Source: Candidatus Bathyarchaeota archaeon
GTDB lineage: Archaea > Thermoproteota > Bathyarchaeia > Bathyarchaeales > Bathyarchaeaceae
Length of the DNA: 64,000 nucleotides
Direction: 5' to 3'
Assembly: GCA_004376295.1 (NCBI GenBank)
Contig: SOJZ01000005.1
Coordinates: 33,914-97,913, forward strand
Each line of letters starts with the position of its first letter. Position 1 is the stretch's first letter. Shown here in pieces: positions 1 to 10,763 of the stretch. A program made the position numbers and the translations under genes. The notes under the pieces are model-generated. The model worked only from the letters and a program-made list of their open reading frames with translations, ran no database searches and had not been told where the DNA came from.

Positions 1-133
1 AAACCCCCCGAAGCGCAGTTTCCCCTTATAACCCCTTCCCCCACCCACAATGAATTACTACACGCAACTAGGATTTCTAGCTCCAATGTGCGCACCCGTA
101 AACCTACCCTAACTCCTTTCCTTATCTCGCACC

Positions 134-1132
134 CTAGGATTTCATTTCTTCGAAAACCCAATCCAAGCCATCTTCTATGTTCTTTGCGATTTCCTGAAAA
201 TTCTCTAATAGGTAATTCATACTGGAATAGAACCCTCTCATAATGCCCCTTTTGGATTCGTTTTGGAGAGGGCAAATCCAATAGAATGAAGTGAAGAACA
301 ATGATTTTTTCGAAGAGTTGACCCTGTCAACATAAGTCGTGTATATATTCCAACCTGACCGTTGACTTGCCAATTTCCAATATAATCCAATAAGATCAGG
401 ATGTTTCTCTGACAAGTCTTCAATGCTTGAAACCAATTTAGCTCCAGACAAACTATACGCCATGTCTAGATCTTCAGAAATGGCGTCAAGAACAGATTCA
501 AATTCTCCTTCATCTTTCTGGGTTTTTGCCAGCAGAATCTTACTCCATTTTCGGTACACAAAATACAATGAAACCCAAACCTTTACCGAGTTATCCTTCA
601 CCACCCATAGTTTAGCGATTTCTTCAGCAGTGAATCTGTGTTTTGTGTAGTTCGACTTCCTTCTTCCAAGAATTAGGCTATGCGCTTTTATCAATGAGAG
701 TACTATAGGATGCCTTGAGAAGTAAAGACAGCAGTATTCAATCGATTCATTTCTAACGAGAAATTCATGCAATGCATCTGCGTTCCAGAATTCAACACTG
801 CCCGATTGTTTCTCTGTATGATCCCTGAAAGGTCTTGTCGGATTTTCAATATGAACATAGATTGCCTTCGCATCATGTGTATTCTGTTCAAAGCGCGTAA
901 ACTGTTCAATGTCACCTTTTCTGGGTTTCATCTTTACCTGTATGGCTACTTTCTCACCGTTTTTTTCGCAAAAGAGGTCTATTCCGCGTTCATGGGTGCG
1001 GTCTGTTTTGTGAAAATTCGTAACTGAAAAGCTATTTCTACTATAGACCTTTTCAAGGCAGTCTAGGACAAAATTCTCATCAAATTCATTCCAGATTTTA
1101 ATCCTGTATTCAGTTTTCATAATAAACTTCAC
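134..1132 (-). CDS. Mrr-like PD-(D/E)xK restriction endonuclease domain protein with uncharacterised helical C-terminus
   Basis: N-terminal ERGIDL...VAIQVK matches the Mrr-type D-x(n)-QxK catalytic pattern. Confidence 0.6.
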   Translation of the reverse strand: MKFIMKTEYRIKIWNEFDENFVLDCLEKVYSRNSFSVTNFHKTDRTHERGIDLFCEKNGEKVAIQVKMKPRKGDIEQFTRFEQNTHDAKAIYVHIENPTRPFRDHTEKQSGSVEFWNADALHEFLVRNESIEYCCLYFSRHPIVLSLIKAHSLILGRRKSNYTKHRFTAEEIAKLWVVKDNSVKVWVSLYFVYRKWSKILLAKTQKDEGEFESVLDAISEDLDMAYSLSGAKLVSSIEDLSEKHPDLIGLYWKLASQRSGWNIYTTYVDRVNSSKKSLFFTSFYWICPLQNESKRGIMRGFYSSMNYLLENFQEIAKNIEDGLDWVFEEMKS

Positions 1133-1174
1133 TAGGGGAAAATATATCTAACTCGCTAATATTTTAAACTAATC

Positions 1175-2113
1175 ATGCTGATGCATGATGATTTCTTTAC
1201 ACTACCAGACGGCAATACAAAACCTTTTTTCCAGATGGGAAACCTTAGCAAGCGATTCATTATCCAACATCCATATTTTCCTTTTGGCTCGTTGACTAAC
1301 CCATTTTTGCACATGAATGAAGAAGATTTCGAAGATGAGACGCCAGTGTATTTCCAGCAATTCGAACTCTCAACAGATGAGAATTCGTTTGATTTCAATG
1401 ATTTCCTACTCGATATTGAGAGAAACTGGCATTTGAGACCAGATGAAGCTCTTTGGTATGAAACCGGATTCTGGTCGATTATCTACAGAGCGAAATGCTA
1501 CATGGGCATGGGTGTAGAAAGGTTAAAAGAAACTCTAAACGCACTGGAAAACGCGAAATTTGCCCTCTGTCTTTGCAATTACGAATCCATTTTACTGATA
1601 AACTCTAAGATGAGTGAAGAAAACAAGATTCTACTCAGTATTTACGCTTCAAATGATGTTCTTCCTTTTGTGGAAGTAGTCGAGCCATTTCGACTCGCAG
1701 CTAGAAATTGCAAAAACGTTAGTAGTATGAAGGATAGGTTGTTATCAGAAGAAAAATTACGTAGGTTTTGGTTTGCTAATCGTAAAATCAACATTAATCC
1801 CATAGCGTTTGTTATGAGTAAAGACGACCCCCGCTACAAAATGCTACCAGTTATTGGAAATGAGTTCACACGAACAAAAGACCCTGAGATAAGCAAGATT
1901 CAATTTTTGACAGGGACTACCGGCGGAGGGTTTATCGAATCTGACTATTATGGTGGAAGACAATTTTACCCACATGCCGAAGTGTGGAACTTAGGATCTA
2001 TATCAATAGTAGAGTTTCACTTTGAGATGGATATAGCCAGTGATTTTAGAACGAATGACATTCCAAAAGAAACTGCTCAATTGAATTTACTTGCTCTGAA
2101 TCCAGTTTCCTAA
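1175..2113 (+). CDS. hypothetical protein
   Basis: 312-aa open ORF, AT-rich, divergent from the nuclease gene; no motif recognised. Confidence 0.6.
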   Translation: MLMHDDFFTLPDGNTKPFFQMGNLSKRFIIQHPYFPFGSLTNPFLHMNEEDFEDETPVYFQQFELSTDENSFDFNDFLLDIERNWHLRPDEALWYETGFWSIIYRAKCYMGMGVERLKETLNALENAKFALCLCNYESILLINSKMSEENKILLSIYASNDVLPFVEVVEPFRLAARNCKNVSSMKDRLLSEEKLRRFWFANRKININPIAFVMSKDDPRYKMLPVIGNEFTRTKDPEISKIQFLTGTTGGGFIESDYYGGRQFYPHAEVWNLGSISIVEFHFEMDIASDFRTNDIPKETAQLNLLALNPVS

Positions 2114-2277
2114 ACCAAACATCTTTTTTTAGGCGTACAACATCGGCAGGAACAAACCCTATAACGTAGAATTTGTATTCCAGCAAAGTTTCCCCTGAAA
2201 GAGTGATTTGAATTAATCGACGGTTTGAATTATGCAAATACCTGATCAAGAAGAAGGGGTGCATAAGAAGTGGGTAG

Positions 2278-2748
2278 CTATTGTTCCTTATCTTTGCTGA
2301 ATCTGTAGAAGACTCTGCTGTCGGGCAATTCAACTATTTTTAGGTTGACTTTGTCTCCGATTTTGAGGTCTTCGTATTTGGCGTCGTCGATTCTGGCCGA
2401 AATGAGTAAACTGCCGATCTTGACTATGCCGACGCAGAAGGGTACGTCTTCGACAAAACCCAATGGAGCACCGAGCCTTATCTCAGTGAAAGCATACAAT
2501 TCGCCTTCCACGCCTAAGTCGACCCATTCGAGGCTTTCAGAAAGACATTCAGGACACATAATTCTTGGAGGCCACAAAACTTTTCCGCACTCCTTGCACT
2601 TCGTTGTAGTTAAGTGTCCTTCCTTAAGGCTCTTAAAGAACTGGCTGATCCTGGTGTTCTTCTCATCTTGCAACGGATAGAAATCCAGCATGAACGGAAG
2701 CCCTATCTTTTCTGGACGCTTTATCTTCTCAAACTTCACCATGCTCAT
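2278..2748 (-). CDS. DUF35-family Zn-ribbon/OB-fold protein (thiolase partner)
   Basis: CKECG...PPRIMCPEC zinc ribbon followed by OB-fold; overlaps the thiolase stop. Confidence 0.9.
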   Translation of the reverse strand: MSMVKFEKIKRPEKIGLPFMLDFYPLQDEKNTRISQFFKSLKEGHLTTTKCKECGKVLWPPRIMCPECLSESLEWVDLGVEGELYAFTEIRLGAPLGFVEDVPFCVGIVKIGSLLISARIDDAKYEDLKIGDKVNLKIVELPDSRVFYRFSKDKEQ

Positions 2749-3926
2749 CTCAGCTCCCTTGAACAGACCAGTATAGAATGCAGATTCGCTGCCCCACTTA
2801 GACTGTGCTGAATCCCGATTTCAGCGCCTTCAACATATCTTCCTTTGTCAACGTCTCCCCTGAATTGCTTCAGTATTTCAAAGGTGTGATAAATAGAGGT
2901 CGCGCCTAAAGGATGACCACAACCCATGATTCCGCCACTAGGGTTTACAGCCACCTTCCCTCCAATGTATGGTTCCCCATCCTCAATGAATTGTCCACCC
3001 TTGCCTGTTTCACAGAATCCAAGCCCTTCATACTCCATAATCTCGGAGATCGTGAAGCAGTCGTGTACTTCAGCGATATCAACATCATCCTTCGTGATCT
3101 TCGCTGTTCTCCAGGCCTCCTTTGCAGCCAGCTTGAGTGGAACCCACTCCGCCAAGCTTGCCAGATTGTTGATTACGTTTCCGATAGCGTATTGACCGGA
3201 CCCGATAAGATACATCGGCGTATCCGTGTACTTCTTCGCATCCTCAGCCCGAACCAGAATAACCCCAGCCGACCCATCCGTCATAGGGCAACAATCAAAA
3301 AGTTTAAGCGGAGGAGCCACCACCGGCGATTTAAGTACTGCCTCAACAGTAACCTCTTTCCGAAGATGAGCAATAGGATTCAACGACGAGTAATGGTGAT
3401 TTTTCACGGAAACCAAAGCCATCTGCTCCTCAGTGGTGCCAAACTCATACATGTGCCTCTGAGCCGTCACAGCAAAAATCGGAGGAGCAGAAAAACAGTT
3501 AATTCCGTCCCATTCTCGATCCAAAACGCACGTCATAGTCGTCTGAGCCTCAGCCATGTCCGGCTGATACATCTTCTCCACCCCAATAGCAACAGCAATA
3601 TCAGACATACCCGTCGCAACACAATTCCACGCATAACGGATCGCCGCCTGACCCGAAACACAAGCAAGCTCCGTCCTCGCAATAACCTTCCTAGGAGTCA
3701 CACCAATATATTCAGCAACCAAAGGAGCCACATAAGACAGAAAAGCAAACCTCTCAGGCTGAGCCGCCCCAACAAAGATAGAGTCAACATCCTTAGGCGA
3801 TAAATTGTCAACATCCTCAAACAACGCTTTTCCTGCTTCTTGCACTAGGTCCCTCCAGCTGGCAGCTCTCCTACCAGCCTTTGCCTCACCCCCAGCAACT
3901 ATGGCAACTTGTTTCATCGAAATCAC
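2745..3926 (-). CDS. thiolase (SCP2/archaeal type acetyl-CoA acyltransferase)
   Basis: ELACVSG, EVHDCF, NPSGG and GHPLGATS motifs. Confidence 0.93.
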   Translation of the reverse strand: MISMKQVAIVAGGEAKAGRRAASWRDLVQEAGKALFEDVDNLSPKDVDSIFVGAAQPERFAFLSYVAPLVAEYIGVTPRKVIARTELACVSGQAAIRYAWNCVATGMSDIAVAIGVEKMYQPDMAEAQTTMTCVLDREWDGINCFSAPPIFAVTAQRHMYEFGTTEEQMALVSVKNHHYSSLNPIAHLRKEVTVEAVLKSPVVAPPLKLFDCCPMTDGSAGVILVRAEDAKKYTDTPMYLIGSGQYAIGNVINNLASLAEWVPLKLAAKEAWRTAKITKDDVDIAEVHDCFTISEIMEYEGLGFCETGKGGQFIEDGEPYIGGKVAVNPSGGIMGCGHPLGATSIYHTFEILKQFRGDVDKGRYVEGAEIGIQHSLSGAANLHSILVCSRELR

Positions 3927-3941
3927 TGGTAAAGACTATGG

Positions 3942-4724
3942 CTATTTTCCTTTATATTCTGGTTTTCTTTTCTCTATGAACGCTGATACCCCTTCCCTAT
4001 AGTCCTCCGTCGAAGCCAGTATTCCGAAGGCCTCTGCTTCATGCACTAGCCCCGTCCCTTGATCTGTTTCAATGCTTCTATTGATGAGCTCTTTGGCTAG
4101 CTTTATAGCGATTGGAGGCTTGCTCATGATTATTTTGGCAAGTTCCTCAACAGCTGATTTGAGCTTTTCTGGTGGCACAACCATGTTAATCAAGCCGATT
4201 CTTTCAGCCGTTTTGGCGTCAATCATCTTCCCAGTGAATACAAGCTCTTTGGCTATTCCCTTTCCGACAAGTCGCGGTAAACGTTGTGTTCCTCCCCAGC
4301 CAGGAATCAATCCAACATTTACCTCTGTCTGTCCAATTCTGGCGTTTTCCGATGCTATCCTGATGTCGCATGCCATTGCGAGTTCTAAGCCTCCCCCGAG
4401 GGCGTAGCCGTTGATGGCTGCAATCACAGGCTTTCCAAGCTCCTCAATCGCCAAAGTCAATTTCTGCCCAAGTCTTGAGGTCTCCACCGCCTTTATCACA
4501 CTGATATCCATCACCGTTTTAAGGTCTAACCCGGCGCAAAAGGCTTTTTCACCAGCTCCAGTAATCACTATGACCCTAACGTTTTCGTCCTTTTCTGCAT
4601 CTTCAAGACTTGAAAAAAACTCTGGGATGGTTTCCTCGTTTAGCGCGTTCAGAGCTTTGGGGCGATTTATGGTTATAGTTGCTATTCCACCACTTTTCTC
4701 ATATAGAAGGTTCCTAAATTCCAT
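3942..4724 (-). CDS. enoyl-CoA hydratase (crotonase)
   Basis: AFCAGLD, GYALGGGLELAMACD, PGWGGTQRLPR. Confidence 0.95.
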   Translation of the reverse strand: MEFRNLLYEKSGGIATITINRPKALNALNEETIPEFFSSLEDAEKDENVRVIVITGAGEKAFCAGLDLKTVMDISVIKAVETSRLGQKLTLAIEELGKPVIAAINGYALGGGLELAMACDIRIASENARIGQTEVNVGLIPGWGGTQRLPRLVGKGIAKELVFTGKMIDAKTAERIGLINMVVPPEKLKSAVEELAKIIMSKPPIAIKLAKELINRSIETDQGTGLVHEAEAFGILASTEDYREGVSAFIEKRKPEYKGK

Positions 4725-4730
4725 AAGTTT

Positions 4731-5594
4731 TCACCGCTTTGTCCAGTCATAAAAGCCCTTACCAGTCTTTCTTCCGAGAAGTCCCGCTCGAACCATTTGT
4801 CTCAGCAGTGGGCATGGGCTGTATTTCGGGTTAAGGTCGTCCCGCAGAACTTCAGCTATGGAAAGAGTCGTGTCCAATCCAAGGTAGTCGGCCAATTTTA
4901 GGGGGCCCATTGGCCAATTCAGTCCAAGCCTTATCGCCTTGTCTACGTCTTCTGGCTCGGCTATTCCCTCCCAAACAAGAGAAATGGCCTCGTTCAATGC
5001 TGGAACCAAAATTCTATTCACAATGAAGCCTGCACAATCCTTTTTGACCACGACTGGCTCCTTCTCCATTTTTTTGGCAACTTCGACTATTGTGTTTATG
5101 GTTTCATCCGAAGTTTTCGCTCCACGGATAATCTCTATCAGTTTCATTAGTTGCGGTGGATTAAAGAAGTGTAGCCCAACGAATTTCTCTGGATGACTTG
5201 TGGCTGAAGCGAGTTCTGTTATGCTTATAGAAGAGGTGTTTGAAGCTAAGATGGCATCAGGCTTCGCGAATTTATCGACTTCCGAAAGCACGCTTTTTTT
5301 CAACTTTAGATTCTCTGGAACAGCCTCAATAATTAGGTCTGCATCGGCAACGGCTTCTTTTAGGTCCAAGATTGGATGAATTCTCTCCAAGGTCTCCTTA
5401 AATTCGTTCTCTCCGATTAGACCCTTCTTTAGGAATTTTTGCAGGCTGTTGTTTATCATGGACATTCCTTTGTCCAGAAATTCCTGCTTGATGTCTCTGA
5501 GGTTGACCTCGAACTTCGCCACTTGAGCTGCAACTTGGGCTATGCCGTGGCCCATTAACCCGGCTCCAAGGACAGCTATTTTTCGAACTTTCAT
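4731..5594 (-). CDS. 3-hydroxyacyl-CoA dehydrogenase
   Basis: GAGLMGHGIA Rossmann motif, SNTSS, GLHFFNP, GFIVNR. Confidence 0.95.
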   Translation of the reverse strand: MKVRKIAVLGAGLMGHGIAQVAAQVAKFEVNLRDIKQEFLDKGMSMINNSLQKFLKKGLIGENEFKETLERIHPILDLKEAVADADLIIEAVPENLKLKKSVLSEVDKFAKPDAILASNTSSISITELASATSHPEKFVGLHFFNPPQLMKLIEIIRGAKTSDETINTIVEVAKKMEKEPVVVKKDCAGFIVNRILVPALNEAISLVWEGIAEPEDVDKAIRLGLNWPMGPLKLADYLGLDTTLSIAEVLRDDLNPKYSPCPLLRQMVRAGLLGRKTGKGFYDWTKR

Positions 5595-5695
5595 TGTTAA
5601 ATCCTCCTTTCAGAAGTACAGAAGAAATGCCATATAAGTATATATTCTCTTGGATTTGCGCACGCGATATTTCCTTAGAATTTCGCTTAAGCTTG

Positions 5696-5705
5696 TGCAT
5701 GCATG
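5696..5705. promoter_or_regulatory. TGCATGCA-type palindromic motif, candidate operator (one of several copies)
   Basis: TGCATGCATG in the divergent intergenic region; related copies at 7573, 7664, 8951, 10661, 10697, 52838, 53450, 53501. Confidence 0.4.
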
Positions 5706-5924
5706 AAGGATAAAGAACAGAAATACACGCATTTTGGAGGTTATGACCAAGAGTTTTATGTTATGTCAATGTTACTAACCTCTAAAACTAATGATGCGTG
5801 CACCTACAAAAATAGTGTATATCATCATCCATGCATACAGAAAACCTGAAAGCCCGCAAGTAATGCAAAAAAGTAATAACAGAGCCATGAGACTGTAGTA
5901 GATTCCAAATGAACTACAACAAAA

Positions 5925-7571
5925 ATGGTGAAAAAAATGAATGGAGACGAAGCATTTGAAAAGCATACTCAAGAGGCTTTGCAACAGTTTTTAGAAAGGA
6001 ACCCTGAAGATGCTACGTTTCTAGGTTTCCATGAGCCTTACGACAAGTTGCTTTCGAACGGTAACATAGAAGAAGTATATGAAAACCTGAAACTGACGGA
6101 AGACTGGCGTACCAAGATGAAGCAAACGATAAACTTTGATGAACTCAACGAAGAACACAAAATGGATTGGAGACTACTCGAAAACACTTGCAAAAGGTTC
6201 AAATTCTCTGCATATGAACACCGTATCCACGAGAAAAATCCTGAATGCCTACAAGGCATTGGCGCCCTGATTTTTGTGGTCTTGACCAGGGAATATGCAC
6301 CTTTTGAGAAGAGAATTGAAGGCATCGTTTCTCGACTAGAAAAACTACCACTATACCTTGAACAGTTTCGAAAAAGCTATGAAAAATGTGTGCCGGTGAA
6401 GTTATGGACGGAAGTTGCTATTGAAGGATGCCAACGAATGCCTAAATTCTTCCAATTCCTCATCGCCGTGGCAAAGGGAAGAATCTCAGAAAAGCTCTTT
6501 CTAAGACTCCAAGCGGCAGTGGCAAGCCTGTCCCAACCACTGAATGAACACCTTGAATGGCTAAAGGCACTGTTACCAAAGGCAAAGGCTGACTGGGTGC
6601 TTGGAAAGGAAAAATTCGATAGACTCTTGAAACTCAGAGAACTCGGAATGAGTGCTGATGAAATCCACGAATTAGGAGTGAAATTTCTCAAGGAGCTGAA
6701 AGAAGAAAGAGCTAGACTAGCTGGGAAGATTTCTCCTGGAAAAACCGTTGAAGAAGTAATGAAAGAAATTCAAGCTGACGCTCCTAAAACCTATGAAGAA
6801 GCATTAGAATTTACACGAAAAGAAATGGAACGAGCAAAAAACTTTGTACGTGAGCACGATATTGCAACAATTCCGAAGCAAGGCAAGCTTCACGTTGAAG
6901 AGACACCTTCATTCATCGCTCCCTTAATCCCCTTTGCAGCGTTGGTTCCGCCAAGCAAATATGAAAAGACCCAAGAGGGAATCTACATCGTAACCCGCCC
7001 AAAAGACATGAAAGACATGAGCAAAGATGCAAATTACGCAAGCATACCAAACATTGCAGTACACGAAGCCTACCCAGGACATTTCCTACAAACCTCACGA
7101 TCAAACCGTCTCGGCTCTTTCATTCGAATTCTTGCTTCTGGATCAGAAACTGTAGAGGGCTGGGCACATTATTGCGAAGAAATGATGATGGAACACGGCT
7201 TTCAAGGAGGCTTGAAATCTAGGTTCATGCAGGTAAATGGCATGAAATGGCGTGCTGTAAGAATAATAGTTGATGTGAAACTTTCCTGTGGAGAAATGAG
7301 CTTCGACGGAGCAGTTAATATGCTAGTGAAGGAAACAGGGATGTCAAAGAACGGCGCAGTCGCCGAGGTTCGCAGATATACAATGAGACCTGGATATCCG
7401 CTTTCATATCTTCTCGGCAAACATTTAATGTTGAAGCTACGAGACGACGTGAAAGCCAAAATGAGCGATAAATACAGCGACAGATTCTTCCATGATGTCG
7501 TAACAGCCAACGGATATTTCCCAATGTCAAAGCTTAGAGAAATCTTCGAACAGAAACTTGGAAAAATATGA
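5925..7571 (+). CDS. DUF885-family protein (putative metallopeptidase)
   Basis: HEAYPGHFLQ and EGWAHYCE motifs, WRAVRIIVD. Confidence 0.88.
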   Translation: MVKKMNGDEAFEKHTQEALQQFLERNPEDATFLGFHEPYDKLLSNGNIEEVYENLKLTEDWRTKMKQTINFDELNEEHKMDWRLLENTCKRFKFSAYEHRIHEKNPECLQGIGALIFVVLTREYAPFEKRIEGIVSRLEKLPLYLEQFRKSYEKCVPVKLWTEVAIEGCQRMPKFFQFLIAVAKGRISEKLFLRLQAAVASLSQPLNEHLEWLKALLPKAKADWVLGKEKFDRLLKLRELGMSADEIHELGVKFLKELKEERARLAGKISPGKTVEEVMKEIQADAPKTYEEALEFTRKEMERAKNFVREHDIATIPKQGKLHVEETPSFIAPLIPFAALVPPSKYEKTQEGIYIVTRPKDMKDMSKDANYASIPNIAVHEAYPGHFLQTSRSNRLGSFIRILASGSETVEGWAHYCEEMMMEHGFQGGLKSRFMQVNGMKWRAVRIIVDVKLSCGEMSFDGAVNMLVKETGMSKNGAVAEVRRYTMRPGYPLSYLLGKHLMLKLRDDVKAKMSDKYSDRFFHDVVTANGYFPMSKLREIFEQKLGKI

Positions 7572-7710
7572 TTGCATGAATGCATGGATTTAGAATAATG
7601 TTGTTTTTTAGTGGTTCAAAGTTTTAAGACTATGTTACCTGAATGTAGCAACCACTAAAATCAATGCATGCATGCAAGGCAGGAAAACCAGCTTTTACAT
7701 GCCTCAAATT

Positions 7711-8889
7711 CTAGTAGGATTTCGGCAAGCCCAAAACATGCTCACCGATAAAAGCCAAAACCATCTGATGGGTCACAGGCGCAAGTCTAATCAGATTCAC
7801 CTCTCTCCACCAACGCTCTACATCATACTCCACAGCATAACCATAACCACCAAAAGTCTGCATAGCATGATAAACAGCCTCAGTACCAGCCTCAACAGCA
7901 GCAACCTTAGCCATGTTAGCCTCGGCACCGCACCGTTGCCCCTTATCATAAAGCCAAGCAGCCCGGTAATTCAACAACCTAGCAGCTTCAATTTTCGCCT
8001 TAGCCTTGGCAAGTGGAAACTGAATAGCCTGATGAGAACCAATAGGCACACCAAAAACCCTCCTCTCCCTAGCATACTCAACAGCCTTCCGGATAGCTAA
8101 AAGCCCAATACCGCACGCAGCCGCAGAAAAAGACATCCTCTCAGGATTCAAAGTATCCAAAACAAGATACCAGCCCTTATCCCTCTCGCCCAACAGGTTC
8201 TCCTCAGGAACCCTAAGATCATCAATGTGAACCTCATCAGTCTCAGAATAGTGGATTCCATGCTTTTCTATCGGAATAATCTCGACCGCAGGGTTGGGCA
8301 AATCCACAAGGAAGAGACTCAAACCCAAAGTCCTTTTCGGAGCCCTTTCCAAAGGAGTCGTCCTGGTTATGAGCACCATTCCCTTAGCCCTATCAGCACC
8401 AGAAATAAACATCTTCTGACCGTTGATAACATACTCGTCACCCTCTTTAACAGCCATAGTTCTCGTGTTCAAAGTGTTCGTCCCAGCGTCGGGCTCGGTT
8501 AAAGCCAAACAAAACTCCGTACCCTTAGCGATTTTCGGCAGGTACTTCTCCTTTTGACTCTCATTACCATGCTTCACTATGGTTAATCCTCCGAAAACTG
8601 AGGTTAAACATAGAAACCATTCTCCAGCCAATCCACAACCCTCAGAGGTCAAAGTTTCCATGGCCAAAATCATCTCAAACATTCCCATCCCACTCCCACC
8701 GTACTTTTCAGGAATAAATATACCCGGAAAACCAGCCTCAACCAAAGTCTTCCAGAAATCCTCAGGAAACTCATGCTTCTTGTCCTTCTCCCTCCAATAC
8801 TCCGGACCGAAATCTCGAGCAATATCAGAAGCCGCTTCAACAATCATTTTCTGTTCAACACTCAACTCAAAATTCAAAGCTTCTCCCAA
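7711..8889 (-). CDS. acyl-CoA dehydrogenase
   Basis: ALTEPDAGT, INGQKMFIS, QTFGGYGY...VERWWRE. Confidence 0.95.
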   Translation of the reverse strand: MGEALNFELSVEQKMIVEAASDIARDFGPEYWREKDKKHEFPEDFWKTLVEAGFPGIFIPEKYGGSGMGMFEMILAMETLTSEGCGLAGEWFLCLTSVFGGLTIVKHGNESQKEKYLPKIAKGTEFCLALTEPDAGTNTLNTRTMAVKEGDEYVINGQKMFISGADRAKGMVLITRTTPLERAPKRTLGLSLFLVDLPNPAVEIIPIEKHGIHYSETDEVHIDDLRVPEENLLGERDKGWYLVLDTLNPERMSFSAAACGIGLLAIRKAVEYARERRVFGVPIGSHQAIQFPLAKAKAKIEAARLLNYRAAWLYDKGQRCGAEANMAKVAAVEAGTEAVYHAMQTFGGYGYAVEYDVERWWREVNLIRLAPVTHQMVLAFIGEHVLGLPKSY

Positions 8890-9066
8890 CCCGAGTTTTA
8901 TGGCAAAAGTATCTTTGAGCTTAGAATATAAAGTCTTTTACGAAGAATAAGCATGCATGCAATGGTGGTGTGCGGGAGAAAACTCCACAAGCATTATTTT
9001 CTTTGGTCAGTAATATTTTAAAGTTCCAGCAGAACTCTTGATTAATGTTAGAAGGTGAGATGAGCC

Positions 9067-10626
9067 ATGGCTTGGTTGAACTTGGGAGAGATCTTAGACA
9101 TCCATGCTAAGAAGCATCCTATGAAATTAGCAGTCAAAGACTGGTGCGACAAGGTATGGACATATTCGGAACTAAACATTAGAACTAACAAACTGGCTAA
9201 TGGCCTATTAAACATGGGTCTGCACAAGGGTGACCGTGTCGCAGTCATGCTTTATAACTGCGCCGAGTTCGTCGAGATTTACTGCGCCTTTGCCAAAGCT
9301 GGGCTGGTGGTTACGCCAGTTAGCTGGCGTTACGTTGAAAGGGAAATAGAATACGTTGTTGATAACTCAGACGCAAAAGCCATGATCGTCTATGAGGAGT
9401 TTGTTAGTGCAATTAATCAGCTTCGTCCGACATTTGATAAAATCGACAGCAAGAACTACATAGTTGTTGGTGAAACAACCCCTCAGGGCTACACAAATTT
9501 TGAGGACTTGATTACAAACTCCCCCGACCATAAGCCCGATGTAAAAGTTGACGGCAAGGATACATGGGTTCAAATTTACACTTCTGGCACTACAGGTTTT
9601 CCCAAGGGCGTTGTTCGATCCCACGAATCTTATGCCGCGTTTTTCTTAATCAACGCTGTGGAATTCGGTTTTTCAGAGAAGGATTATGGAATGATTATCA
9701 TGCCTCTCTTCCATGTAAATTCAACCTTTTATGGACTTCTATTTCTCTATATCGGCGCCTCTCTATTCGTTGGCAGAGACAAAGGGTTCGATCCTGTTGA
9801 GTTACTGAGCATTGTAGACAGAGAGAAAATCACCTTTACCTCACTGATTCCAACCCACTACAGCCTCATTTTGGAAATTCCAGAAGAGAAACGTCAATGT
9901 TTCAACACAAGTTCGCTGCACAAGCTGTTATGCTCCTCTGCTCCTGCTAGAAGCAGGATAAAACGTGGAATCCTGGAATGTTTCCCCAGCGTTGAGCTAT
10001 ATGAGGGCTATGGCTCCACTGAAGCTGGGTTAGTCACCATACTCAAGCCTGAAGACCAGCTCAGAAAAATTGGATCAATGGGTAGAGAATGTCTGGGAGT
10101 AGATCTAGTCAAGCTTTTGGATGAGAATGGTCGCGAGGTTGGGATAGGAGAAATTGGCGAGCTCTATTCTAGGGGGCAAATGATGTTTGACGAGTATAAC
10201 AAGATGCCTGAGAAGACTAAGACCTCATTTAGAGGCGAATTCTTCAGTGCTGGCGACTTGGTCAAGCGTGATGAGGAAGGCTATTATTACATTGTTGACC
10301 GCAAGGACAATATGGTCATTACAGGCGGTGAACATGTCTATCCCTCAGAGGTTGAAGAGATAATCTCTCAGCATCCGAAAGTTCGTGACATTGCTGTGGT
10401 AGGTCTTCCAGATGATAGGTGGGGTGAGGCTGTCACGGCGGTCGTTGTTTTAAGGGACGGTGAAAACGCAACCAGCGAAGAAATCGTTGGATGGTGTAGG
10501 GGCAAGATGGCTGGGTATAAAAAGCCTAAGAGAGTGGTATTCATTGACTATTCTGAAATGCCTAGGGCTGCAACAGGGAAGATTTTACATAGAAAACTTA
10601 GGGAACGCTTCGCTGAACCCATTTGA
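9067..10626 (+). CDS. AMP-dependent acyl-CoA ligase
   Basis: YTSGTTGFPKG, YGSTE, GDL, DRKDNMVITGGEHVYP. Confidence 0.93.
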   Translation: MAWLNLGEILDIHAKKHPMKLAVKDWCDKVWTYSELNIRTNKLANGLLNMGLHKGDRVAVMLYNCAEFVEIYCAFAKAGLVVTPVSWRYVEREIEYVVDNSDAKAMIVYEEFVSAINQLRPTFDKIDSKNYIVVGETTPQGYTNFEDLITNSPDHKPDVKVDGKDTWVQIYTSGTTGFPKGVVRSHESYAAFFLINAVEFGFSEKDYGMIIMPLFHVNSTFYGLLFLYIGASLFVGRDKGFDPVELLSIVDREKITFTSLIPTHYSLILEIPEEKRQCFNTSSLHKLLCSSAPARSRIKRGILECFPSVELYEGYGSTEAGLVTILKPEDQLRKIGSMGRECLGVDLVKLLDENGREVGIGEIGELYSRGQMMFDEYNKMPEKTKTSFRGEFFSAGDLVKRDEEGYYYIVDRKDNMVITGGEHVYPSEVEEIISQHPKVRDIAVVGLPDDRWGEAVTAVVVLRDGENATSEEIVGWCRGKMAGYKKPKRVVFIDYSEMPRAATGKILHRKLRERFAEPI

Positions 10627-10763
10627 TCTTTAATGTATTTTAAATGGTTACCGTTTTTAATGCATGTATGTAAATATAATGGTTGAAGCGGAGTTTTGCA
10701 TGCATGCATGTTTGCAGGAGATATCTCAACTGTGTGAGAAGCAGGTTGAGGTGCATCAAGCTG

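Noticed and set aside
1..60. C-rich stretch resembling the reverse G-string repeat
   Set aside because: Only a loose CCCCTTATAACCCC match, truncated by the window edge
2913..3803. Long antisense ORFs (also 43565-44080 and 7672-8100) and the alternative-frame ORF 12563-13198
   Set aside because: Shadows of real genes; A+C-skewed strands are depleted of stop codons
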